Part shown: positions 9,867 through 18,439 of the stretch, one piece after another
Position numbering within the stretch: the stretch's first letter is position 1
How the letters are laid out: each line of letters opens with the position of its first letter
Assembly (NCBI GenBank): GCA_965223265.1
Contig: OZ244999.1
Location: 5,024,001 to 5,088,000, forward strand
Reading direction: 5' to 3'
DNA: 64,000 nucleotides
Source: Planctomycetota bacterium
Lineage (GTDB): Bacteria > Planctomycetota > UBA8108 > SXIK01
Notes under the pieces: generated by a model
The model's input: only the letters and a program-made list of their open reading frames with translations
Told to the model about the DNA's origin: nothing
Databases searched by the model: none
Made by a program: the position numbers and the translations under genes

Positions 9867-10613
9867 ATGCAACCGTCCGATTGCTCGCGACTCATGTTTC
9901 CGTCTCTGGTGGCACTTCTTTCCTTGGCGGCTGTGATGTCTTTCTCCAGCTCGCCGCTTGCGGCCCAGGCGCTCGGAGGGGCCGCAAGCAAGGAGAACCT
10001 CGACCTGCCTTACGACGCCGGTCTCTTCAACAGCGAAGTCGACGATGAGGACGCGCCGGAGGTCATCCAATTCTACGACCAGCAGTATGAAGGCGACGGC
10101 GTTTTCTTCGCCATCGACCGCTCCGGCAGTATGCAGGGCAGTGGTGAGCTCGACATCGCCAAGCGCGAGGTTTCCAAGAACATCTCGGAGTTCAGCACCC
10201 GCGTTCAGTTCGGCATCGTTTTCTTCGATAACGGCCTGCTCAAGTTCCCCACCAGCGGCCGACCTGCCGAGGCCGCCCCCTCCATGAAGGCAGCCGCGCT
10301 CAACTGGGTCAACTCCGTCAAAGGCGGCAACGGCAGCTGCTGCCAGCAGGGGCTCGTTGCTGCCATGCAGTACGCCAACTTCTCCAGCGCGAAGCGCAAA
10401 GTCATCATCTACGTCGGTGACGGCGGCGGCACCTGCAACGGCGCCGATGAGGGCACCTACCTCAAGCAGACCCTGGCAATCATCAGGTCGCAGAATTTCC
10501 AGCGCGCCCAGGTCAACTGTGTCGGGGTGCTCCAAATCGGCCCCATTCAGAACGATTTTCTGAGCTCACTGGCGCAGGCTAACGGCGGCACATACACCAA
10601 AGTGACGAGATAG
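9867..10613 (+). CDS. Secreted single-domain vWA protein, paralog 2
   Basis: Mature domain nearly identical to paralog 1; ATG 9867 preceded by GAGG. Confidence 0.9.
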   Translation: MQPSDCSRLMFPSLVALLSLAAVMSFSSSPLAAQALGGAASKENLDLPYDAGLFNSEVDDEDAPEVIQFYDQQYEGDGVFFAIDRSGSMQGSGELDIAKREVSKNISEFSTRVQFGIVFFDNGLLKFPTSGRPAEAAPSMKAAALNWVNSVKGGNGSCCQQGLVAAMQYANFSSAKRKVIIYVGDGGGTCNGADEGTYLKQTLAIIRSQNFQRAQVNCVGVLQIGPIQNDFLSSLAQANGGTYTKVTR

Positions 10614-10840
10614 AGCCAAATTTTTCGAAAGTTTTGCAGGAAATTTGGCGATGCTGCGTCATCATCTCCATTAGGTACGTGTTTTCGCCTGCAAAGACGC
10701 CGCTACGAAGCAGGTCAGCGCGACGGGAAACCTTTACCAGGCCTTCAGTTGCGTGAATACGGTGGTTCGTACCGAGGCGCTTTCAGGCAGGGATTGCTAT
10801 GACGAACGTAGGGTTTAGGTCAGAGTTAAGAGGTCATACC

Positions 10841-11572
10841 GTGAAGCATTGGTTCATCGGCTCGCCATTTGTCTTCGTGCTCCTCGTGGGCGCCTTGTGT
10901 TTCGATGTCTCGCCTCTCGCAGCTCAAGCGCTCGGGGGAGCCGGGAGCAAAGAAAACCTCGACCTGCCGTACGACGCCGGCATCTTCAACGGCGAGGCTG
11001 AGGACGAGGACGCCCCGGAGGTCATCCAGTTCTACGGTCAGCAGTATGAGGGCGACGGCGTCTTCTTCGCCATCGACCGCTCAGGCAGTATGCAGAGTAG
11101 CGGCGAGCTGGACGTCGCCAAGCGCGAGGTTGCCAAGAACATCTCGGAGTTCAGCACCCGCGTTCAGTTCGGCATCGTCTTCTTCGATAAGGGTTTGCTC
11201 AAGTTCCCCAGCAGCGGCCGACCTGCCGAGGCGGCTCCGGCTATGAAGGCAGCTGGGCTCAACTGGGTCAACTCCGTCAAAGGCGGCGGTGGCAGCTGCT
11301 GCCAGGCCGGACTCGTCGCTGCCATGCAGTACGCCAACTTCTCCAGCTCCAAGCGCAAAGTGGTCATTTACGTCGGTGACGGCGGCGGCAGCTGTAACGG
11401 AGCCGATTCCGGCACCTACCTGAAACAGACCCTGGCGATTGTCAAATCACAGAACTTTCAGCGCGCTCAGATCAACGCGATTGGAGTCCTCGACGTCAGC
11501 CAAGAGGGGAAAGACTTCTTGACCGCGCTGGCACAAAGTAACGGCGGCTCCTACACCTACATCGCCAAGTAG
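10841..11572 (+). CDS. Secreted single-domain vWA protein, paralog 3
   Basis: Mature domain nearly identical to paralog 1; GTG 10841 with AGAGG RBS (alternative ATG at 10799). Confidence 0.9.
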   Translation: MKHWFIGSPFVFVLLVGALCFDVSPLAAQALGGAGSKENLDLPYDAGIFNGEAEDEDAPEVIQFYGQQYEGDGVFFAIDRSGSMQSSGELDVAKREVAKNISEFSTRVQFGIVFFDKGLLKFPSSGRPAEAAPAMKAAGLNWVNSVKGGGGSCCQAGLVAAMQYANFSSSKRKVVIYVGDGGGSCNGADSGTYLKQTLAIVKSQNFQRAQINAIGVLDVSQEGKDFLTALAQSNGGSYTYIAK

Positions 11573-11592
11573 GCAAAACATCGCCAAGTAGG
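11559..11592 (+). repeat. 15-bp direct repeat duplicating the stop-codon region of vWA paralog 3
   Basis: ACATCGCCAAGTAGG at 11559-11573 and 11578-11592. Confidence 0.85.
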
Positions 11593-11680
11593 ACCAAAAA
11601 CCCGAGCCCGCTCCTTCGGTGCTTTGTCGCCGGAGGAGCGCTGTTCGCACCCCTCAGGGAGGCGCCCTGGGCCAGTTGCC

Positions 11681-11735
11681 AACTCTTCGCGTTCCGCTCG
11701 GCTAGCAGCCCGTACGGGACGCGAAGAGTTTTTTT
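11681..11735 (+). terminator. Rho-independent terminator
   Basis: AACTCTTCGCGT...ACGCGAAGAGTT 12-bp stem followed by a T run, between convergent genes. Confidence 0.7.
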
Positions 11736-11813
11736 GTCGCGAGAGATCTCGCGGGAGGACAGCGGCCCGGCCCCCAAACACCGAAGGCGGCAAACACCGC
11801 GCGGCCTGTAGAG

Positions 11814-13133
11814 TCACTCGCAACCCGTGGTGTCTGCGCCGCCGCACGCCGCCGCGTTGGCACTCAGCCGGCGTGAACTGCGTGGAAAAAAGCTCGGATG
11901 CACTAGCAGCACGAGGAGGAGGAGAGCCGCCCACGCGTACGGGCAGAATGCCATGGCGTAGGTACTGCCCTGCTTGCCAAGGACCTCTCGGCTGCTCAGG
12001 ACAACGAGAAGAAGCGCCGCGAACCAAAGGGCTGCCCCAACTTTGCGCGTGCGACCCGTTACTTGCCACCAGGCCTCGAAGGCGAGGACGCTCGCCGGCC
12101 AGAGCGCCACGAAACTCGCCTTGCGGCTGAGCGGTCCGAGGAGCGGCATGAGCAGAAGCGCGGCAGCCAGCTCGCTTCCAGTCCAGCTACGAGAGCGACC
12201 AGGGGTGCGGTAGCGAAACCCGGCCAAAACGGCGACATAGATGAGCCCGGCCAGCAGCAGGTAGAGCCCGTCCGCTTGCTTCTTCGTCAAGTCGACCAGA
12301 TGGATCGACACCACCCGATCGTCGTGCGCGGTGGCATCCGAATCACGGCAAAGCCGATGCACAAGCGCGCGCAAACTCTGCCCGGGCACGTAGCCCTTCC
12401 CGGGCTCGGCAGCGTACGCCTGCGAGCTCATGTCGACCCCACTGAGCGTCGATCGATACCATGCCGCCCAAGCACGGCGGCCGCTCTCCCACGCCGCCCC
12501 AACCACCGGGACGGCGACGACGAGCACCGTAGCGATCAGCAGGCAGGCCGCAGCAACGCGCCAACAGCGTCGCGCCAGCATCCACGGCAGTACGATCACG
12601 GGCGTCACCTTCGCGAGCATGGCGCAGCCCAGAGCCGTGCCAGCGCGAGCATCGCGTCCGGTCCGCAGAAAATGAAACGCGAAGATGACGCAACTGACGA
12701 TCACAACATTGGCGTTGCCATTGGCGAAATCGCTGTCGAGAAAGCGCAGCGTCAGCACAAATCCAGCCAGCTTCGCCTCCGCCGAGAGCGGCATGCCGAA
12801 GACTCGATCGAGGTGGCGGAAAATGAGGGCTACAAGCAGGATCTTCAATATCACCCAGACCCAAACCCCGGCAACCTCGGGCAAAAACCCAAGCGGCGCG
12901 ACGAACAATGCAAACGGCGGCGGGTACTGCAGTGGCCGCTGCGGATGCTCGTATGCTGCCACCAAGTCACCGGCCAAGAACGCCTGGGCCGTTACGTGGT
13001 AGGCACGAAAGTCGTGAAAGCGTTCACCGCCAAACCCGCCGCCTTTGTAGAGCCCGCGCTGGGCGAGCACCACAAGCGCGACGAGGAAGACACACCCAAA
13101 GATGACAACGAGGCGTTCTCGGCTCAGCTTCAT
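11814..13133 (-). CDS. GT87 / DUF2029-like polytopic glycosyltransferase
   Basis: DFRAYH, YPPPFALF, NGNAN and KVTP motifs with many TM segments; start adjusted to MKLSRER. Confidence 0.8.
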   Translation of the reverse strand: MKLSRERLVVIFGCVFLVALVVLAQRGLYKGGGFGGERFHDFRAYHVTAQAFLAGDLVAAYEHPQRPLQYPPPFALFVAPLGFLPEVAGVWVWVILKILLVALIFRHLDRVFGMPLSAEAKLAGFVLTLRFLDSDFANGNANVVIVSCVIFAFHFLRTGRDARAGTALGCAMLAKVTPVIVLPWMLARRCWRVAAACLLIATVLVVAVPVVGAAWESGRRAWAAWYRSTLSGVDMSSQAYAAEPGKGYVPGQSLRALVHRLCRDSDATAHDDRVVSIHLVDLTKKQADGLYLLLAGLIYVAVLAGFRYRTPGRSRSWTGSELAAALLLMPLLGPLSRKASFVALWPASVLAFEAWWQVTGRTRKVGAALWFAALLLVVLSSREVLGKQGSTYAMAFCPYAWAALLLLVLLVHPSFFPRSSRRLSANAAACGGADTTGCE

Positions 13134-13212
13134 GTCACCACGCTCACCCAGCTTCGCACGAATGGGAAGAGCCACCACCTTGGCGCGACGCTGCCGCGAA
13201 TGAGTGCGTCCA

Positions 13213-14127
13213 CTAGCTCGCCTCCGCGACAGGGGTGTCGCCGTCCAAGACCTCGAGAATCCCTTCGCCGGTGGTGGCGAAGTAGTGCCGCGGATCGTCA
13301 TCGGCAGACAGAAACCGTCCCGGCTCCGGCGACGTCCCAAAGCCCTGCGCCGGGAGGTCGACCTCCGCGTCGGCGGGCCGCGTCGACCAGACGTAGCGGC
13401 GACCGCTCTCCGTCTCGAAGAAGGCGCCGGGAAACGGACGGGTCACAGCCCGCACCAGATTGTGAATGCGTAGCGCCGTCCAGCTCCAGTCAAAACGGCC
13501 GTCCTCCGCTCGCCGGCGGCCAAAACAGGTGGCACTCAGCTCATCCTGGGCTCGAAGCGTTGCACGACCGGACGCAATGAGCGGCCAGGAGCGCCGCAGC
13601 ATGTCTCCCGCCGCGACTTCAAGCCGCGCTTGAAGCTGCGGCGCAGTCTCGTCCCGATCGATTGACAATTCCATCTGATCGACGATCTCCCCGGCGTCGG
13701 CGCGTGCCACCATTCTATGCAGTGTCATGCCCGTGCGCTGCTCACCGTGGATCAGCACCCAATTGAGCGGCGCGCAGCCTCGATACTTGGGTAAGAGCGA
13801 ACCGTGCAGGTTGAACCCGCCGTGCGGCGCCAAGGCGAGGACTCGCTCCGGCAGGAGCCGTCGAAAACTAGCTGCGAGCAGCACGTCGGGCTGCGCCGCC
13901 CGCAGCGCAGCGATCACGTCGGGCGGCCAAACTCCACGCCGCTCTTGGGGCAACAGAACGACCGGTAATGCCGCTCGCCGAGCTAGCGCCGCTACCGACG
14001 GAAACCAGAGCTTCTCGCTCGAATCGTCATCATGCGTGCAAACACAAACGACCTCCTCGCCAAGCTTTAGCAGCGTCTCCAGCGCGTGAGCGCCGATCGA
14101 GGAGTAGGCGAAGAGTGCGACGCGCAT
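13213..14127 (-). CDS. Stand-alone ArnA-type (UDP-L-Ara4N) formyltransferase
   Basis: NLHGSLLPKYRG, FGRRRAEDG and HNLVRAVTRPFPGAF match the ArnA N-terminal domain; no decarboxylase domain. Confidence 0.85.
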   Translation of the reverse strand: MRVALFAYSSIGAHALETLLKLGEEVVCVCTHDDDSSEKLWFPSVAALARRAALPVVLLPQERRGVWPPDVIAALRAAQPDVLLAASFRRLLPERVLALAPHGGFNLHGSLLPKYRGCAPLNWVLIHGEQRTGMTLHRMVARADAGEIVDQMELSIDRDETAPQLQARLEVAAGDMLRRSWPLIASGRATLRAQDELSATCFGRRRAEDGRFDWSWTALRIHNLVRAVTRPFPGAFFETESGRRYVWSTRPADAEVDLPAQGFGTSPEPGRFLSADDDPRHYFATTGEGILEVLDGDTPVAEAS

Positions 14128-14198
14128 ATTTGGCCAGTGTGTTCTTCGGGCTTCGACGGCAACAAGTCAAGACGAGGGTGCGTCCGACGCTGACGAGC

Positions 14199-14702
14199 TC
14201 ACAAGACGTATAGCATGAGGTACACGATCACGCCGGTCACGGAGACGTAGAGCCACATCGGGAGCGTCCAACGCGCAAGTGCCCGATGCCGCCCCAACTG
14301 CCGTCGCCACGCGAAGACGAGCAGCAAGATAGCAAGGATCGGGACGACACCCGCCAATACGATGTGCGAAATGAGGACGATCAGGTAAAAAACGCGCTGC
14401 GCGCCGACGCCCTCGTAGACCACGTGGCCGGCAAGGGAATGATACGTCAAATAGGAGATGAGGAAGAGGGCTGAGACGACGAAGGCTGCCACCATGGTAC
14501 GCGCGTGGGCTCGCTGATTCCCGGCACGAATGAGCACGTAGCCGCGCACCAACAGGGTCGCTGCCACCGTGTTCAACAGCGCGTTAACGTGCGGAAGCAG
14601 GCGATACCAGGCGTTCTCATCACCACCGTCGGGTACGGAACCGTCAACCAGGGAATTGGCCAGCACGAAACTGTCGAGGTGAAAAACGACCGGTTCGATC
14701 AC
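14199..14702 (-). CDS. DUF420 family membrane protein (oxidase-associated)
   Basis: LPHVNALLN, FLISYLTYH, SHIVLA and WLYVSVTGVIVY; the GTG start overlaps the SCO stop. Confidence 0.85.
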   Translation of the reverse strand: MIEPVVFHLDSFVLANSLVDGSVPDGGDENAWYRLLPHVNALLNTVAATLLVRGYVLIRAGNQRAHARTMVAAFVVSALFLISYLTYHSLAGHVVYEGVGAQRVFYLIVLISHIVLAGVVPILAILLLVFAWRRQLGRHRALARWTLPMWLYVSVTGVIVYLMLYVL

Positions 14703-15433
14703 TCGCGATTCTCCGGCTCCCAACCATCTGCCTCGGCGAGGAGCGCCCGCACGTGGCGCACCACCAGCTCGACGTCGTCAGGATTCTCGGTTGGGCGATA
14801 GTGCGCGCGCACCCGCCCTTGGGTGTCGACGAGTGCAAAGCGATCGCTGTGGGTTGGAATCCCCGTCTTTGACCGCTCTCTTGCCGGCAACAAGAACGAA
14901 CGCTGACTCAAGTCCACGACCTCGGCGCCCGGCCCCGTCAGGAAGTGCCACGTACTCGCATCGGCGCCATATTGGTTCGAAAAAAGTTTCAGGACTTCCG
15001 GTCGATCGTTCTCGGGGTCGACCGAGAAAGAGACGAGTCGCACGCGATCTTTCGCTGTGGGAATCTCCATGAGCCGATCCTGAACCTTCTTCATTTCTCG
15101 TGTCATCGCTGGGCACGCGGCTGCGCAGCCGGTGAATATGAAGTTGGCGACCCACACCTTCCCTTGGAGCGCGGCGGAATCAAACGGTTCGCCGGCTGCA
15201 CTGGTGAATCGAAACTCGGCGACCGAACCAAGGACAGGCGGCGGGGCGGCCGACGTGTCCCGCTGCGCACTCTCGTGCTCCTGCAGATACCAAAACGCCA
15301 GACAGACGCCCGCGAGCACGATCAGAAGAACGACGCTGAACATCTGCCCAGGCAGAGAACTTCGAGGGGGAGATCCCGCGCCGGCGGAATGGGTGCCGAG
15401 CCCGTCCGTTTCGTCCGCTATCGGCTTGTCCAT
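14699..15433 (-). CDS. SCO family copper chaperone
   Basis: FIFTGCAAACP (CxxxC), SVDPENDRP and HSDRFALVD; N-terminal TM anchor. Confidence 0.92.
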   Translation of the reverse strand: MDKPIADETDGLGTHSAGAGSPPRSSLPGQMFSVVLLIVLAGVCLAFWYLQEHESAQRDTSAAPPPVLGSVAEFRFTSAAGEPFDSAALQGKVWVANFIFTGCAAACPAMTREMKKVQDRLMEIPTAKDRVRLVSFSVDPENDRPEVLKLFSNQYGADASTWHFLTGPGAEVVDLSQRSFLLPARERSKTGIPTHSDRFALVDTQGRVRAHYRPTENPDDVELVVRHVRALLAEADGWEPENRE

Positions 15434-15445
15434 AGCGCGTTCGAC

Positions 15446-16021
15446 CTACCAGACGTAGAGGGCCAAGAAAAGAAACACCCACACGAGGGCGACGTAATGC
15501 CAGTACGCCGCGGCCATGCGCACGCCCAAACGTTGATATGCATGGTAGCGACCGCGCAGCAGGCGGACAAAGATCGCCGTTAGGAAGACGACCCCGCCCG
15601 CGACGTGAAGCCCGTGGAGGCCGGCCAGGGTGTAAAAGACGGATCCAAAGTTGTTGCCCGTGAACGGGACGAGTTTGAGGAGACGGCTGAACTCCAGCGC
15701 CTGGCCACCGACGAACATCAGACCCAGGGCGAGCGTGAGCGCCATCCAGAGTTTGGCGGCGGAAGGGTTGTCTCTTCGGACGCTGCGTTGGCTCAAAAAC
15801 ATAGTGGCTGAGCTGACGAAAAGCACAGCGGAGTTGCCGAGGACAAGCGGGGAGATCATCTCAGCGAGGACTTCAGGCCGCCACGTCGGTGATGCCAAGC
15901 GCAAGACGATGTACGCCGCGACGAGAGCGGCGAAGAACATCGTCTCGGCGATCAAAAAGAGCGCCATGCCGACGGTCTCTTTCGAGATTGGCTGCGGCTG
16001 AGATTGAACGGCTGAATGCAT
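15446..16021 (-). CDS. coxC: Cytochrome c oxidase subunit III
   Basis: FLIAETMFF, GLHGLHV and YWHYV; start uncertain (the ORF extends to 16093). Confidence 0.9.
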   Translation of the reverse strand: MHSAVQSQPQPISKETVGMALFLIAETMFFAALVAAYIVLRLASPTWRPEVLAEMISPLVLGNSAVLFVSSATMFLSQRSVRRDNPSAAKLWMALTLALGLMFVGGQALEFSRLLKLVPFTGNNFGSVFYTLAGLHGLHVAGGVVFLTAIFVRLLRGRYHAYQRLGVRMAAAYWHYVALVWVFLFLALYVW

Positions 16022-16107
16022 TTGACTCGGCTCAACGACCCGCGAAGCGACCGACGCGATTCCCAGCGCGCCGCAGGTCAGGGAAAACACCAAGCGTACG
16101 GCGCAGG

Positions 16108-17157
16108 TCAGGAGAAGCGATTCGCGCCAAGCATCATCGCGACGAGGAGGACGGGCAGGTAGACCAGCGACACCAGGAGGACGCGCCGGGCAGCGGCATC
16201 GCTGCGACGGTAGGCGAAATCAACTGCGCACGCGAGCGCCAACGCGCCAACCAGCACGGCCACGATGCCATACTGCGAACCACACTGCCGGGTGAGGAAA
16301 GGAAAGAGACTGACGAGAACGAGAGCGATCGTGTTCGTGATCATTTGGCGCGCGACGATGCCCCCGCGGCGATCCAGGACCGACAGGATCGGATAGCCCC
16401 CCCGCGCGTAGTCGGAGCGAAACAGCCACGCAATCGCAAGAAAGTGCGGCAGCTGCCAGAAGAAGAGCACGCCGAAAAGCGACCATGCGGCGGATGAGAG
16501 CGAGCCACTCGCAGCCGCCCAACCGATGAGCGGCGGCAAGGCGCCCGGAACAGCCCCAGCAATCGTTGACAGATGGCTGAGACGCTTCAACGGCGTGTAC
16601 ACGAACGCATAGGTGATCACTGTCAAAGCGCCAAGAAAGGCGGCCAGAGGGCGACCGAGGGCTACGAAGTACGCAACCCCACACAGTACGCTCACCATGC
16701 CGCACCACCACGCAAGGATAGGGGAGATGCGGCCAGCGGCGACAGGACGCTCGCGCGTGCGAATCATTTTCTGGTCCAGGTCGCGCTCGATCACTTGGTT
16801 GAGCGTCGACGCGCCCACGGCCAAGAGCGCCGTCGCCAGCAAAGACTGAATCAGCAGCGCCGTCGTCGCTCCAGGAGCGGAACCGGCAGCGACGGCGAGC
16901 CAGAATCCCGCCGCTGTGGTCACCAAAACGAGCAGCCCAACCCGCAGCTTGCCGAGAACGCAGAGATCCTGCAGCAGCGACGGAGGCGAGGCAAGAAGGC
17001 TTGGACTGCAATCGCGATCGCCCGCGGCGACGGCGTCTTCGATGTGAGAGGCCGCGGTGGGGACGGACACCTCTGCGGCGGTAGACAGGCTCGCCACGTC
17101 GACGGAAGATACGTCGGTGGAGGATACGGTGATGGAAGATGATGCCGGCTTCATCAT
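16108..17157 (-). CDS. cyoE: Protoheme IX farnesyltransferase (heme O synthase)
   Basis: NQVIERDLDQKMIRTRERP, YTPLKR, GAVPGALPPLIGW and WQLPHF. Confidence 0.93.
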   Translation of the reverse strand: MMKPASSSITVSSTDVSSVDVASLSTAAEVSVPTAASHIEDAVAAGDRDCSPSLLASPPSLLQDLCVLGKLRVGLLVLVTTAAGFWLAVAAGSAPGATTALLIQSLLATALLAVGASTLNQVIERDLDQKMIRTRERPVAAGRISPILAWWCGMVSVLCGVAYFVALGRPLAAFLGALTVITYAFVYTPLKRLSHLSTIAGAVPGALPPLIGWAAASGSLSSAAWSLFGVLFFWQLPHFLAIAWLFRSDYARGGYPILSVLDRRGGIVARQMITNTIALVLVSLFPFLTRQCGSQYGIVAVLVGALALACAVDFAYRRSDAAARRVLLVSLVYLPVLLVAMMLGANRFS

Positions 17158-18203
17158 GCATCGCCTCCGACGAGCAGCGCCGACGGGAAGCCAGCCGCAC
17201 GCGATGGTGTCGAGAGAGTCGGCCCGGATGGTGGGTGAGCGGTTGGAGCCTCACCCGAAGGTGCCCCACCGGAAGGTACCCTACCGGAAGGTGGCGTGGA
17301 AGCTCGCTGCGCCCCGGTGTCACCAGCAACGCCGCGCATCCCGGCCCGCAGCCGAAGGGTTCGTGCGAGCAATACCACCGAAAAGACAAGCATGAGCGCG
17401 CCAGCGACTTGATGCGACGTGGCGATGACTTGGTGCAGCGTGCTGCCAGCGTCGTCGACGCCCTCAGGACGCGTCACGAACGCCGTCAGTCCCAGGAAGA
17501 ACTGCACGACAACCAGAAGCACAAGCACGGTGGCCGGCGCCAACAGAGGCGCCAACTTACTGTGACGCGAAAAAACGCGCGACGCGGTCAGCGCCACTAG
17601 TGTGAACACAACGAAAGCCCACACGATGTGAGGCACTTCCCCGACATATGCGTGTCGCAGGACCGCGCCAAAGAGAATCTGCAAATAGACAGAACCAACG
17701 AGGATCCACGCAGCGTTACGCATCCAAAAGGAGTCCTCGGCGCTGAGACGATCAGCCAGCTCGTCAAGGCGCTGCCACTTCGAACCACTAACGACCGTGA
17801 GCACCGTCACGAGCGATAGAAAGAACATCGCCAGCGCGACGTGGACAATGGAGGTCCACGGCGGGGTCTCAAAGAGTACCGTCAGGCCGCCCAAAAGTGC
17901 CGGCAGCAGCACGACGAACGCCGCCGCCCACGCAAGGCGACGAACCCAGCGTTGGAGGCGATGTCTAGTCGCCAAGAAAGCCACGCCCCAGGCCAAAAGG
18001 ATCACCACCGCCGCGACGAGCCGATGCGTGTGCTCGTACAGCTTGCCTCGATCGGCTCTCATCTCCTCGACCGAAGGCAACAGCTGACCGTCGAACGAAG
18101 GCCAATGAGGGTCCGCCATGCCCGACTCGGTGCTGGTGACGTTGGCGCCGAGCGTGATCAGCACGAGTGTCGCGACGAGAAGGATCTTGGTTGCCTTTGA
18201 CAT
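17154..18203 (-). CDS. ctaA: COX15/CtaA heme A synthase family protein
   Basis: SGMADPHWP, EHTHR, several TM His residues and oxidase operon context. Confidence 0.82.
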   Translation of the reverse strand: MSKATKILLVATLVLITLGANVTSTESGMADPHWPSFDGQLLPSVEEMRADRGKLYEHTHRLVAAVVILLAWGVAFLATRHRLQRWVRRLAWAAAFVVLLPALLGGLTVLFETPPWTSIVHVALAMFFLSLVTVLTVVSGSKWQRLDELADRLSAEDSFWMRNAAWILVGSVYLQILFGAVLRHAYVGEVPHIVWAFVVFTLVALTASRVFSRHSKLAPLLAPATVLVLLVVVQFFLGLTAFVTRPEGVDDAGSTLHQVIATSHQVAGALMLVFSVVLLARTLRLRAGMRGVAGDTGAQRASTPPSGRVPSGGAPSGEAPTAHPPSGPTLSTPSRAAGFPSALLVGGDA

Positions 18204-18439
18204 GAGAAGTCTTTCAAGCGACCGAACGCACGCAAGAGCGTTCAAGAAAATCGCACGGTGGAGACATCGCGGACGATGGATAAAAGAATCACGCTAGTCT
18301 GTGAAATCTGGTACCGAAGACCGTTCCGCCACTGGGTCTCGCGTCGCCCGGAACCCCAGACAGCCAGTTCGCCGAAGAACACGCGACGCGTCCGTCCGCC
18401 CGAAGACCCGAGAGCCACTCTCACCGTCGCCAACCGCAC

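Noticed and set aside
12063-13580. 505-aa plus-strand ORF
   Set aside because: Arg/His-rich antisense shadow of the GT87 and formyltransferase genes
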